A stretch of DNA of 62,913 nucleotides, counting the filler, from Sphacelaria rigidula (Eukaryota), in the NCBI GenBank assembly GCA_964200075.2. It is 8 parts of 8 records of this genome, joined end to end, with 100 filler letters (N's around TTAATTAATTAA, not from the genome) between each part and the next. Parts side by side here need not be neighbours in the genome. Positions count along the whole stretch, not along the records: positions 1 to 7,777 come from CAXNAA020013487.1; positions 7,878 to 15,654 come from CAXNAA020013488.1; 6 more parts are not named here. One strand, 5' to 3'. The notes under the pieces are model-generated. The model saw only the letters and a list, made by a program, of their open reading frames with translations, was not told the origin of the DNA and did not search any database. Positions 1 through 13,050 of this stretch are shown one piece after another. Position 1 is the first letter of the stretch. The number at the start of each line of letters is the position of its first letter. The position numbers and the translations under genes were made by a program.

Positions 1-215
1 GGGCGTACTCATTTGTTGCTTGCCTTAGTCGTTTGACCATTGACCACGCATCCATTTCGAGACGGAACCGTTGGGGGGGGGGGCATTTGTTGCTTGCCTT
101 GGTCGTTTGACCATTGACCACGCATCCATTTCAAGACGGAACCGTTGGGGGGGGGGGAGGTGTGATGATTTTGCATGCCATGGTCATAGGACCATTGACC
201 TCGCATCCCAACGGG
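1..215. repeat. High-copy repeat (ttgttgcttgccttagtcgtttgaccattgaccacgcatcc...) in tandem; also at 31509-31570, 39386-39436(-) and 47320-47390
   Basis: Near-identical ~60-bp motif found at or near the start of four different contigs. Confidence 0.85.
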
Positions 216-387
216 AAGGGGAAAGGGGGGGCGGCTTGATGCTGGGCCTTCTGTCGTCTGTTTTTTTCAAGGTGTAGTTACAGTTTTTCTGGGAAGGGCA
301 CTGTATGTTGGTGATTACCGTACTGGCCACAGCCGTCGTACGTTTAAGGACATCGATTAGGTAACTCTAATGTAAACTTTTTTTCCC

Positions 388-620
388 GACCCAAGGCGTA
401 CGAGGCCCTCGGGCAAGGGGGTTGCATACATTTCCCTAGGCAAAGTGTGACCTCAAATCGACATCGCAGGCGCCGATTTCGATCAAAACACGTTCTGGAC
501 GAGCTGGGTTCACTGCTCACTTGCTTCAAACCATGAATTTTCTCAGAACTTTCTTGAATCTAAAATCAAGTAGTTATGTTGTCAACCATAGATATACGAC
601 CAAAGCTTGAGGTCTACTGA
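388..620 (+). repeat. ~230-bp interspersed repeat with a direct copy at ~6185-6420
   Basis: Shared gggcaagggggt...tgacctcaaatcgaca...gtcaaccatagatatacgaccaaagcttgaggtctactg. Confidence 0.85.
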
Positions 621-989
621 AAAATAATGCCGCTTCACGAGAAATTCAGCTTGATGGTCGACGAGAAGAAGGGACTGCAGATCACGTCCTGAATGGAAAA
701 AAAATAAAGGGAAGCACCGCAGAAGGGAGATGGAGTATTTTGGTAAAAAAAAAAACAATGAAGAGAAAACTCCTGTGTAGACCTTCCTCCTGTGTGACCC
801 CGGCTGGTGCGCCCACATTTACCGAAGGGTGTAGACTCGCGTCCAGAATAAATGGGACCACAACACACACACACACGGAAAGGCCCCCCCCATGCTAACC
901 ACATGTTTCTGGGAGTCCGGTCACAAAAGGTTTAACCTTTATCCCGGAAATGCACTTTTTTTGTACACCCTGGGTAATGACGATATACA

Positions 990-1435
990 AATACGGGATG
1001 TTACAAATTGGGAATGGACCTTCTATTGGGGATGAGAAACCCGGAGAGTTTAATAAAATATTCGTATCCACACCAAATCTTCGAAATATGGTTCCGTTTC
1101 TTCACCTACTGATAGCTATTGACAACTGCTACACGCCACAGAAAATTGGATTTCGATCACCGAAATGTTGGGGTCCTAGGTGAAAAACCAATTTCGGAAC
1201 CATTTTGGCGTCCGTTCGCACATCCGGAATTCCTCAAAATTGGTTTTCACGTAGGACCTCAACATTTCGGTGATGGAAATCCAAATTTCTATGGCATGTA
1301 GCATTTTTCAGTAGCTATCGGTAGGTAAAGAAATGTAACCGTATCTCGAAGATTTGGTGTGAATACGAAGACTTTAATTCTTCGGGTTTCTCATCCCCCA
1401 CAAAAGATCCATCCCCTATTTGTAAGATCCCGTGT
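990..1435. mobile_element. Foldback element/MITE with ~200-bp inverted arms
   Basis: 990-1195 is the imperfect reverse complement of ~1235-1435 (e.g. atcaccgaaatgttggggtccta versus taggacctcaacatttcggtgat). A fragment recurs at 15755-15805. Confidence 0.8.
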
Positions 1436-2622
1436 TTGCAGCGTTTCATTGTCAAGAAGTGTACTGCGCACAGTGTGTGTTGTGTTGTCGTCCGATTTAT
1501 TCTGGACGCTGGTCTACACCTTTCGGTATATGTGGGCGCACCAGCCGGGGTCACACAGGAGAAAGACCAACACAAGGGTTTTTTCTTTGCTGTTTGTTTC
1601 AGTTCTCCACCTTCCTTCTGCGGTACTTGCCTTTATTTTATTTTTATCGCGAGAGGGGTTCAGCAGTCGCTTTCCCTCGTCTACCATTAACCCTTTTGGG
1701 ACCGACCCCCCACTCACACGGGTTTGACCATGTGTTCTAATAATAGTGAAATAATGGAAAATGATTCAGGGAGCGACCTGCCCAATCATGGCGAAGCGAA
1801 ATTTATCGACCAGACCCGAACGACCAGCGAGGGGATTGTTACCGAGTTTGATGTCGTTCCCAAGATCGTGCGGAGGCCCTGTCCCTGGTCCAGATAAATG
1901 CCTTCCCAGATGTGAGAATCCCGGATGCTCGGGGAACGATTTCTCGGATGACTTGTATTCAGTATAATGTTTCCGGGATCTTCCGGATGTTTTTTTGGGT
2001 CGCCGGCCTACACTGAAATGTAGTGATGACACGAACACGTTGTCGGGAGAGGGGGAACCGGAGATGGTGTACATGCCACGATGTGGTCTTTTTCACGAGG
2101 CACTAAACCTAGGTGGGCTCTGGCAGGACATGAAGAACTATCGTCATGAATTACGCCTATCCGTCTGTCGATGCCTTGCAGAACACAGTCACCATATTAG
2201 TGGTGGGCGGGGAAGAAAAAGCGGTATGTGGGTAGCTGAGAACTGCCCAGAACGTGCAAGGGAGTATGCAGCAGCTGCTGCTGCCGTAGTCGGAGGCTTA
2301 CTGCAGTGTATACTGTACTGTATGTATGTATTCTGCATGTGCGCCGCAACGCCCATACCCTTCGAAGAGAATTTTCCGCTTGCAACAAAGAGGGAAAAAT
2401 GGCGGCCCACCCCGACCACAAAGGGCTATGTGGCAAGGTGATGGGGGACAATAATATCATCCAAAGCCACGAGTGGCAGGTGGCGCGCCGGTCGCCACAT
2501 CCTGTTGAAAGGTCTCTCCGGCGACCTATACTGCTTGCTCCATGAGTTGCACATTATTCCCTAATGCGCACCCTGCATCTTTGTCCTTTCTCAACAAATG
2601 CTCTGTGTACTGGCGACGACAG

Positions 2623-2752
2623 CGTACTGGCGGCGGCAGCTATGCAGGACCATCGCGTGCAGGCGTCGTTCCCGGGGGGGGTGATATGGCTTCGGGCGGG
2701 GAAGGGGGCAGAGGGAAGGCTTTTAAGGATGATGGAGCTGGCTGTGTGCCAG
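2623..2752 (+). CDS. Internal exon of an NB-ARC (STAND NTPase) protein, region immediately after Walker A
   Basis: Bounded by acag|c at the acceptor and cag|gtgagg at the donor. It translates (S)VLAAAAMQDHRVQASFPGGVIWLRAGKGAEGRLLRMMELAVCQ, matching the NB-ARC pattern GKSxLA...DxxVxxxFxxGxxWxxxG seen in brown-algal NB-ARC/TPR proteins. Confidence 0.75.
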
Positions 2753-4047
2753 GTGAGGTGTTTTGGATAATGACTCAGCACGTCCTGTACGATGCTGTAA
2801 GAGGTGGAGTGTGCGGAGTAGAGGGGAGTGAGGTCGACGTACGCGTAAGGCTTGACTCGATCATGGAGGAGTACAGGATCTGACCCGTTTTTGACGGGAG
2901 GTGGGGGTAAAAGCGATCATACCCGCGCCAATAGATTTGCATTGTCACAAGAGTGTACTGCTGTACAGCAGGGAATCTATTGTCTGTTGGGATAGGCGCA
3001 ATAGTCGATACTGTACGCGGCACACTTTACGACAATGTAATTCATTGTCCAGTGTGAAGTGAAAATTTCGGAGTTGTGGCAATTTCACCCGTCCCCCAGT
3101 CCCCCCCTGCATGCATAATCTGATTCCCTCGCAATAATTCAAGTGACGGGACGGAAAGAGATCGGACAGACATTTCCACACTTTGAACAGTATACGGTCA
3201 ACAGATGCAACAGACAAATACTGTACTGGGGAAAGTACATGCCTTTACCTTACCCAGTACATGTTTTGTCTGTTGCATCCGTTCACCATATATTGTCCAG
3301 GGTGTGGTCATTTCTCAGAAGAGACGGACGTGACGGGACGAGGTGGGAAAATATACAGTGCCGTGCCATGCCCTCCGTTTTTTCGTCCGGCCGTGCAAAC
3401 GTGGGACTTGAGTCCCACAACGAGCCGCGAAAAGCAGTGATTTCAATTCAAGTGGAAAAGAACAAATCTCAAGCTGGGTTTCTTGCGCGCATGTTGCCTT
3501 GATCTGAACACGGATCGAACGATTTAAAGGTGATGGGGAAAGGGTACATACCCCGCGGTGCCAGTAATTTTGAGGGTAGTTGTAGTACTGTGCTTGATAC
3601 TTGGGGGTATGCAGGGGTAACAAATGCAGAGACTGGTGAGAATCCCCGATCAACTGGAACGTGGACAGTATATTTCAGGTGATTGATTGATGGATGGATT
3701 CATTGCCGCACTTGAACTGACCACCCAGGGGTCCAGCCGTCGCATGATGGACGTGCCCAAGACAAAACAAAACCGAAACACTCACTCGCTGAAGGAACAG
3801 ATTAAAAGTCGAACAGAACGACATAGAAGGCTAAAACGCGAAGAAATAATGTGAAGAAACAGAAGAAGAAAAAAGTCAGCAACAGCAACAGCACAGAAAG
3901 AAGTGGCCGACCTAAGGCCAAATAAAAGAAAACGAAGAGGAAAGAAGAGTGCAAATGAACTAAATAAAATAAAATGTAAAAATGAAGAAGAAAAAAATTC
4001 TTACCCTATCCTACCCTATCCTATCCTATTCTATCCTTGGCACCTAC

Positions 4048-4160
4048 CTTTGGGAACAGTTGTATATTGAGCTTCTTCATGATTCTCTCTTGAAGGGAGG
4101 AAAGCTTATCCAACACTTGCTCCGCAAGCTGGTTCGCGTGTCGATTGCCCAGAGACTCGG
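4048..4160 (-). CDS. Candidate internal exon, unknown helical protein
   Basis: Acceptor tctag|, strong donor aag|gtaggt, and an open frame AESLGNRHANQLAEQVLDKLSSLQERIMKKLNIQLFPK. No family recognised. Confidence 0.3.
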
Positions 4161-7100
4161 CTAGACCTTCTCGCGGCAGTCATGTGGGGCAGACGCCTCG
4201 AGCGTTTGAAAAGCTTTGCTCGAGTGTATGGGGGTCGAACCCACTAAAAATCCCCACCGTCAAGCTGGCGCAAATCACGCGCCGCAAGCAATGTTACGGT
4301 AGGACTGCATGTTTTTCGCATTTTTTTTTCTGGTTCAGGGGCTCCCAACGATTCTAGACGCAGAACAAAATGGATCAGGGCATCACCGTTTGCAAATCAA
4401 TTCGGGATATCCCCAGCACATTGGAATCGTAATCCTGGCGTACTCTCGCATGTTTTCATAAGTCGCGTTTTGGATATAAGATGAAGGGCTCCCAACAATT
4501 CTAACCTCAAAAAAATATTTGTGTACCCCTACTGTAGCATCACTCCCGCGCTACCCCCATGCGTGTCGGCTCGAGCTTTTTGTGCGGTCGGGTGTATCAA
4601 CCTATTTTAGCTTCCAGTGAGTGTCGAAAACTTGGCCTCAATCAGTCAGTTTGAGCGACGGGCCTCGTTCTCGGTACATTTTTGTTTTTTCGGTTTGACA
4701 GTACTGCGGAAGAAGTGTGCATGCATCATGTTGTCGTAATCTAAAACGGTTGGAACAACATCACGCCCTGGGTAATGGCACATGGATTAATTACATTGTC
4801 AAAAAAGGTGAACCGCGGACAGCATCGACTACTGTTGCGTCTAATGCAATATAGAGTGGCTCCCACAGCGTGCGCAGTACACTTTTTGTTGGTGTGATGT
4901 ATTGTCATTATCCAGAGTGTGAACAACGCGACGTTCGGTTTCTTGTGCGAGATGTAGATGGATGGATGGCTGCAGTGGTCCGACGTTGCTCGCCTCCGGT
5001 CTGAGGAGCCCTGCACTGGGAAACGGTGATGTTGGATGTACGTCATGTACATTTCACGTGCGTGTCGGGCACGGTATACCCGATATTGTTGTATCTTGGA
5101 AAGTCGCATTATCGCATGCCTAAGTCCGCCACAAGGACTTCTACGAGCTTTCAAGAGAGCAACAACAGCAGTGGGCTGGCTGCTGCTGTGGGCATGGGTC
5201 GGATGTCTATTTTGCACAATGCTTGTATATCGGGTATGCCCTACTCGACCTTCCGTTTGAAACGTTATGTTCGATCTGGCCATTTGCTGCCGGTTCGTCC
5301 ATCTGGCTCATCCCGAAAGCAAGTAAAATCTTCACACCCTTGATTGATAGATTGATAGATTGATTTTCGCGCTTTAACTGACCCCCCAGGGGTCCAGCCG
5401 TGGTGTCATGAAAGACGTACCCAAGAAAAACGAAAGTGAAACACGCTCCGAGAAAAAAAGAAGGAATCCTGGATAATGACGATGTATTATATATGTTGTC
5501 ATTAGCCATTCAGGGTGCGAATTTTCATGTCCATCTGTAATTCGCGTGGTCAGTATCGCACGACCTGTGCCAGGCTACAAATGAAACTGAAAAGTGTAGG
5601 CGATTTTTAGCAGCTCAGTTTTGAGAGGTTTGGTTTACAATTTGGTATGGAGAGTTTCAAGGGTACCATTATATTAAGTGAAAGTTACGGCTACAGCTAG
5701 ACGTTTTTTTTTTTTCATGTATATATTTTTCATGAATTGAGGACAGAAATCAAACACATGAATTTGGCACAAAATTATGCTTAAACCAATGATGAAAATA
5801 AAATCAAGGTTTTGCCATATCTTCCTTTACTATGCCCTTGCGATTGTCCGTATCAAATTTCAAACCTGAACTCTGATGGTATCGATCGTTTCCCGGTGCC
5901 CCCAAGGAATGCTGAAGATCGAAAACCATGTTCTGGTCGAACTGCGACGGCATATCGTAGAGACTTGGGTATCGAAGTATCTTTGTACGTCACACGATTT
6001 ACTCGACATGGTGTGCAGTCCACCAAAAAAATCATCTGACCGTGTTGTCGAGTAGATGGGGCATCTGCCAGTTCGACTACTCGTAGTCGATTAACGACTA
6101 ACTTGTGCTCCGAATTACGGCCCAATTCGTCCGCGTCGACGACATATGGCTGTCACAGTAGTTTCAATCCGGTTTGAAGGGTTGCCCAAAGTGTACGAGA
6201 CCATCGGGCAAGGGGGTGCATAGATACCCCTAGGCAAAAGTGTGACCTCAAATCGACACCGCAGGCGCCGATTTCGACAAAAACACGCTCTGAACGAACT
6301 GGGTCCGCTGCTCACCTGCCCCAAACCATAAGTTTTGTCAAAACTTTCTCAAGTCTAAAATCAAGTATCGTGGTCATGTTGTCAACCATAGATATACGAC
6401 CAAAGCTTGAGGTCTACTGCGAGAAAGTTTCTGCTCAAATTTAGCGCTATTCCGCGTGCCTCGGGTGCGTGTAACTTGAGCGCAATGCTGAAGAAAAGTG
6501 GGTACCAAGGATGGATTCTTGCGGTACCGATCAGTTACACGTGAAAGCAAGTATTTTTCCGATGAATCATTCAAGAGTGGTCTGGAAATGACTTGATTTT
6601 TAGGGTAATTGATTGGTACCGTACGAATCAATCAACCCTTGGGCTTTTATTTTCAGCGTTTGCAATCCAGACACGTGGGATGTAGCGCTAAAATTGCGTG
6701 GGGGCTTTCTTGACCGGCGGGCAACTTTTTTTTTCTCTTTCGAGCAATCAAACCCTGAACAATACTGGATTTGGTAAATCGAACCGGCGATGGTTCGTCC
6801 GTACCTTGGAATAATTGTTCGTCCCACTAAGAGTCGTATACGATAGAAGACCGACGATGGGACTTGTGCCCTTACTCTCCCTGCGAAACTCAAAGTGCTC
6901 TTGCGAGTTGAGCTACAGTAGTGGGCGGTCTAACTATTCATTTTGAGGCATTTTGTGATTTCTTCGTGATTGGCGATTTTCTTGTGCTCTTTTCGCTTGC
7001 CACCACTCAGCACATTGGGGATCTGAAGATATCTGTATCTGCTTCACATCCAAGAAAAAAAATCATCGGTACTCAGTATTGAATCACTTACGGGCTGACC

Positions 7101-7777
7101 GGTCATCGGGGGTCCTGCGACGTTTCAGCCCAGATTCTTACTCTTCGGTATTTTCGGCCGATTTAGTCTGTCCCGATCGTATTTCGAAAAAAATGTACAG
7201 TTTTATCATTCTAAATTCTGCATACTGATTGTACTAGAACCAAAAAACTGTATTTCACGGTCAATAACACCCTCCTGATGAACGGGGTATTTACTCGTTT
7301 CGTCCCATAACACCAACTAGCACTGACTTGGGCACTGTGTTTTGAGGATGATCTGTTCGTTGTACCAAGATCAACCGTCCTCGGTGCTAGATCGTTCCTT
7401 TGAATACAATCAGTGAGAGGTTCTTGAACAGAACTAAAATGTATGATGGGTTCCCACGAGTGCGATTCACACAACCCTTATTTACCACTCGCCATAAATG
7501 CGGACGCGATCGAAAATCCCAGTAACATGGTACTGCTAAAAGGTGTGTTCCTAGCGTTCCACTTCCCACAATTCCACATGCTGGACAATGTATATATATA
7601 TATATATATATATATGGTCGATATATGCATTCAGACGAGAAAAATGCACGTAATGAAACATTCGTATTTGTCTATTGCATCTGTTGACCATATATATATT
7701 TATTGGACCGGTCGCCCCGGTGGCTCAGTTGGTAACCTCGTAACCTTCTGATGGTTGAGTTGGGGGGTTCGATTCCC

Positions 7778-7877
7778 NNNNNNNNNNNNNNNNNNNNNNN
7801 NNNNNNNNNNNNNNNNNNNNNTTAATTAATTAANNNNNNNNNNNNNNNNNNNNNNNNNNNNNNNNNNNNNNNNNNNN
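7778..7877. other. Artificial contig linker (44 N + TTAATTAATTAA + 44 N); identical linkers at 15655-15754, 23532-23631, 31409-31508, 39286-39385, 47162-47261 and 55038-55137
   Basis: The same 100-bp structure occurs seven times and its core puts stop codons in all six frames. The intervening contigs measure 7777,7777,7777,7777,7777,7776,7776,7776 bp. Confidence 0.98.
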
Positions 7878-8316
7878 TGCTGTGGATCAATAACGCTCAT
7901 CCATACTGCCTGACACCGTTTGGAACCAAATACAAGCGCAACGCAAGTGTGGAGGTTTTTTGCCCGGGGAAATCGCAAGTTTGCGCTGTGCTATTGGAAA
8001 TCTGCTTTATTTTCTGAAAATCTGCGACATATTTCGGTTTTCCTGCTGTTTTTTTCACGGCCGTTTTTCTGGGTAAAAATATGGAATTCTGCTTTTCCCC
8101 CGGCCGCGAATGGAGTCAGAGCCTACAATCCGCCCTCACGGCCATTTAAGGCTGCAATCTTATCGATCGAAACTATGTTGTAGAAAAAAGTATGCCAAGC
8201 ACGTCCACGGCCAACTGCAGGCACCCTACGCAACTGTCATCTTTCAACAATCAGCGGAAATGCCACATGTCCCCAGCGTTGCACTGGACTTTCATTCTAT
8301 GTCTACACCGATTGAA

Positions 8317-11201
8317 CCCTTTCGGACCCAACCCGCCTGACTATAACATGAATGTAGTGTTAATATTGAATCGTTTTTTTTCGGTGATGCTTAACCAATG
8401 ACACCAGCAGAGGGCGAACCGATCCAGCGGCCCGTGGTTAATAACGGTAGTTCTATTTTGAGTAAATGACAGATCCATGTATACCTGGACATTTTCCCGC
8501 CAGCCAGGTACACAGTGCATGGGCAGCACAAGCCAGTCAGATTTCCAGCCACGTGATCGGCCGAAACCGTTGGATACGTGGCCGTGGCGGAAAGCGCGCC
8601 AGATACACCTCACCATTTTGTCTTCTTCCACGGGCAGAGAATGGATTCACGTATACCTGAATGTCGCGGGCGTCAAGCCGCTGGAATACCATATCCCAGC
8701 CTTTCCAACAACGGCAAGACAACGATGGTCGTCCACTTTCAAACTCTTTCCAAAAGGTGCACCCGTTCAAGAAGATGGCGTCTGTTCCGATCTCCGAACA
8801 AGTTCGACCCTTGGGTACGACCGAGCTTCGGACACGAAGTTGGCCCGCGACATATAACCCACGCATTCGGACGAACATGGCGGTGCGCAGCGAGTGGAAA
8901 CAACGAAGGATCATCCACTGCAAGGCCCTGCGGGGCAAAATACGTATCTTCTTCGGAAGAATCCATCTATTGGTGTGCGATTCGGATTTGAGACGGTATC
9001 AAATTGGGACAACACGCCTACGCGTGTATCGTTTCGCCATCAGAAGAACCCGTAGTCCAGTGTGGCCGTGTGGTACATGTGTGGTGCTGCGTCAAGGCCT
9101 GATGCACGGCACTGTGCTGTACGCTGCCGCCGGCGTACATACGTGCGCATGTGGTTCACTCACTGCACAAGCCCCTGCCATCCATGACAGAGCAGCAGTC
9201 ACTTCATGCTGCCGCCTATTTTTCCGCCCCGATGACTCGCCCTCGCTCGTTGGGGTTTTGCGTACTCTTTCAGGGCGTTGGCGTGTATGGCTCTCCTTTG
9301 CCTGCACTCGCTGCGCACCATTTTGTTTGTCCAAATGTGTGCAGAATTGAACATCGTGTGGGCTGTGCATTGATCTCATGTGCTGTCTATAGAGTGCTGA
9401 CATGACATCACGGTGATGATGCTGCAATGGGAGATGGCAGTCTGGAAGGTTTCCGGAAGGAGATTCCAGAGGAGAAGCTGTAGGATATTCTGCGGGCAAC
9501 TTCCCTGTCTTGTTTTGAAGGATGGTGTGTCTCTGAAGAAAGCTGATGGCATAGACAATGAGCGACGCCCTAAGCGGGTCAGTCGTATGTTCAGCCCTGT
9601 CACATCTCTTGTGACAGTTGTCTTGCTCCATAAAACGGTTCATGGCCAGGTGGTACGTCACGACCGCTCATCACTTCATGAGGGCACAGAATACATGGAT
9701 ATCTGTCGCATTTTCCTATTGGTTGTTCCTTCGGAGAATAGACGAGGAGTTCAGGTGTATCTGGCGCGTTTTTCCGATACAGTCAAGTATGCAAAGGTTC
9801 GGCCGACCACGTGGCTGGGAATGTGGTTGCCCTGTGCTACCCGTGCACGGTGTACCTGACCGCATAACTAAATCTGACGTTTCCCCATCTCTTTTTTGTC
9901 AATTCAGGGAAAGCGTTACGCAGAGAGAACATGTCTCATAGGGTAATGACGTAATTCCATAGGGAGAGGCAAAGAAGATACGGACAAAAGCGTTGGAGAC
10001 CACGTGGGCCCATCGGGAGTCAAACCTACTTGAAAATTGTTCTGAAATACTCCGATTTTTCGTGTGCTCGTTCATCGTTTGGTTTTCAAGTAAAGCGCAC
10101 TGAACCAAACCCTCCAAAAAATGAGGGTCCACTACGTAGACACAACTAGAAGCCAGCGCGTCCAATTTTCCAACACCAACGAACAGCTGGGACGGCACGT
10201 GAACCGAGGGTATGCTACCGCTGCGATGCGCAGCTATGGTAGAGGCTGTCGCTCCTGCTTACTCTCTCCAGCCAACGCTCGCAACAGGGTGATCGAGGGC
10301 ACTAGCTGCCAGCATCTACTGCGCACAAACTGGTGCGCACCTGGTTTCGGATGGCACATTTCTCCGCATGTACGGTACTGTGCTGCTTTCTGCGTTGTAC
10401 TGTACGCTTGTTTTTGGGTATCACCGCCGGCGGCACGCCACTCACCGCGTAAACGAGGCAAACAGGTTACCGTGTTTTTTTGCACTTGCATTTTTTTCCC
10501 GCTACCCATGATGGTGGTCGAGATAGACCATATTGTGCGGAGCGGGAGAACCTCAACTCCGCGCGAAGGGGACGATCATACTACGTGGTGCTTGAATAGT
10601 GAGACACCCATGAAGCAGTGTGGAACACATGAATGTCTCCAGAAGTGGTGCTACCGGAAAATGAAGCAACTCACTGGAAGCTATCATCCATATGCAAGAC
10701 GATCAGTACGCATCGGGCCGAGCAATCTTAGCAGGATACAGCTCACCCTTCAGTCAACTCGCGGAACACATCACGGTGCTTCGCGCTTGGTGATTGATTG
10801 TGAGCCTGGTCCGGCGAAAACCCGCCGTCCCGGCTTTGTAGGGATGCGAGGTCGATGGTCATATGACTACGGCATGTGAGATCATGAGTACAACTCTAAC
10901 ACAAGTCGTTGCTGCCCTGATTTCGGGCTGGGAGACACGTCTGTCGGTGGCAGGGTTGGATGCAGACGGGCACGTGACTCAACTGTGCGGAGCGGTGCTA
11001 TGGGGTACTGGGCCGCGCTCTACGAGTACAGTACTGTACAGGTGTATTACTGACTCTGACCAATGAGATATGCATGTAATGACAGCGCTTGATTGAGACT
11101 TGTGAACCTGCCTGGTTGAAATTGACTTTGTGCCCCATTCGCTGCACTAAAGACCAGCCCATAGGAGGCACTTTTGGTCGTGTGAATGGGGCCCGAAAGG
11201 G
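8317..11201. mobile_element. Non-autonomous piggyBac-like element (~2.9 kb)
   Basis: The left end is tgaa|CCCTTTCGGACCC and the right end is GGGCCCGAAAGGG|ttaa, giving a 13-bp TIR with one mismatch, CCC/GGG termini and a TTAA site (left copy one base off). There is no transposase ORF inside. Confidence 0.5.
8505..9858. mobile_element. Element bounded by ~110-bp imperfect inverted repeats, nested in the piggyBac-like element
   Basis: caggtacacagtgcatgggcagcac...gcgcgccagatacacct (8505-8610) is the imperfect reverse complement of aggtgtatctggcgcg...gtgcacggtgtacctg (~9753-9858). Confidence 0.65.
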
Positions 11202-13050
11202 TTAAACGCCCTCGTCATTCCGTACATGATGTCGAATATCGCAGTATTTCAGGCTGTACGCTGAACAATTGATCCCCATTTCGTCACGGCAAAGTACGCC
11301 TCGCAGCAGGTACGAGCGATGTTGTGAACTTTTGTATTTTGTTACATATCCAAGGGGGAAAAGCATACAGTACCCGACAGTTTGGAGCAAAACGAGTAGA
11401 CTTGCGTCGAGGGAAGCTTGAGTATGTCCTTTTGCCGGTTAAACCGGTTTTCCGGTGAACCGGTTTAACCGATTCAATTGCGAAGTTCGAAATTGGTGCT
11501 TGTAGCTCGTAGCGAAAGTGTGACATACGACACGTCACACGCTACACGCTACACGTCACACCACACGTCACCCTTGCACCTTACACTTAGAGTTGACTCG
11601 CAGAGACCACAATAAAGACTATATTCGTGAGATTCAGAACGTAGTTTCAGATTCAGAGTGGATGCTCTAGCGTTCCTAACAGGCAACTTTTTTTTTTTGC
11701 TTGAGCACACGTCCTATACATGCAGCTACCGTACAGTACCCCATTCGAGGAATTCGGCGGTCTGGTTGGTGAGATACCGCACAAATCATTTTTACGCCTG
11801 GGGGGGGCATTTTGGAACTGAAACTGTTTCAGGCACTAATCGGTTTTTCCTTAAAGAGGGGATCTTTTGTTGCAATGGACTGACTACGTCGTTGCGATCG
11901 AGTGATGTGTCAAATTGATCGTGTAGGTGACAGCTTTCATTGAAGCCACNNNNNNNNNNCCTCGAACTGTGGCGATGTCAAAATCGATGGGAAAGTCGAT
12001 TGTTTCGGGTCTCACTCTGAATCTGAAACTACCCTCTGAATCTCACAAATATAGTGTCAAGTCCTGCCCGCTACATTCTTTTTCTTTTTCTTTTCTCTCA
12101 CTTCTGACCACTTCCCTTCCTTGGGACGAATCCGTCGTCTCAAGGGATCTATCTACCCATCTCTCCCCGGGAACCAGTGCACGCCTTACACCGTGTTATT
12201 GCCGGAATCGGACCGGCACTACTCCCGCACAGCATTGATTGCCGCCTTCATGAACTCGGCCAAAACATTCGCTTTTTTCTAATGTTATACTCACGTCCGT
12301 ATGTTTTCAACCTTGGAAATCAGATACTTCTCAGGGAAGAAAAAACCTAAGCTAGAGTTCACGCATCTCGCGGGACTCTAACCCGTTATTTTTCCCCGCT
12401 CTGATGGTGTCAGTTGTACTATTATATTACACCCCGGGGGCGCGGCGGCTGACATGAAGTAATTGCACTACACCAGCACAGTGCGGTCATGATGGGCTGG
12501 CGACCCACCGCACTACACAACGACCACAAATGGAGCAGAAGAGCTGCCGAGGCAACCCTCAGTTTCGGCTCGCACACTTGCTGTTTGGGGGCGGTGTAAG
12601 AACAGAGGAAGAGAGGTGGATGCTTGGATGTCGTTGGGTTTGCGGAGGTGTACTCATGATCTTGCATGCCGTAGTCATAAGACCATTGACCTCACAACCC
12701 GACGAAGCCGGGACGGAGCACGCCGGTTTTTTGCCGGACCGGGCTCGCAATCAATCACCAAGCGCGTAGCGCCGTGATGGGTTCGGCGAGTCGCATGAAG
12801 GGTGAGCTATATCCTGCTGAGATTGTTCGACCCGACGCGTGCTGACTATCTTGCATGAGGATGACAGCCTACAATGAATTGCTCCATTTTCTGGTATCGC
12901 CATTTCCACGGACAGCCGCGGGTTACATACTTGCCTCATGAGTGTCTCGCCATGTAAACACTACGTAGTACGATCGTCTCCTTTGCGTGGAGTTGCAGTT
13001 CTCCCAGGCCGCACAAAATAATCAAGCTCGACCACATCAGGATCACCGCA
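10500..13050. repeat. Two inverted copies of a ~430-bp interspersed repeat (10500-10930 and ~12560-13050)
   Basis: The match is colinear on the reverse complement, e.g. gcgcttggtgattgattgtgagcctggtccggc versus gccggaccgggctcgcaatcaatcaccaagcgc. Part of it is also present near 165-210. Confidence 0.8.

Noticed and set aside
2195..2225. Walker A exon (GGRGRKS) upstream of the NB-ARC exon
   Set aside because: It does not fit GxxGxGKS and has no phase-compatible GT donor.
7707..7777. tRNA gene (also at 17352-17430 and 18600-18678)
   Set aside because: It has A/B boxes but no convincing full cloverleaf or acceptor stem, and the longer copies continue into a shared repeat body. These are SINE heads.
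7822..7833. TTAATTAATTAA as a biological motif (PacI or piggyBac site)
   Set aside because: It is embedded in Ns and identical at every junction, so it is a synthetic six-frame-stop spacer.
8661..10879. Long ORFs of 229, 189 and 252 aa
   Set aside because: They show no recognisable domains, overlap in several frames and lie within repeat-derived sequence.
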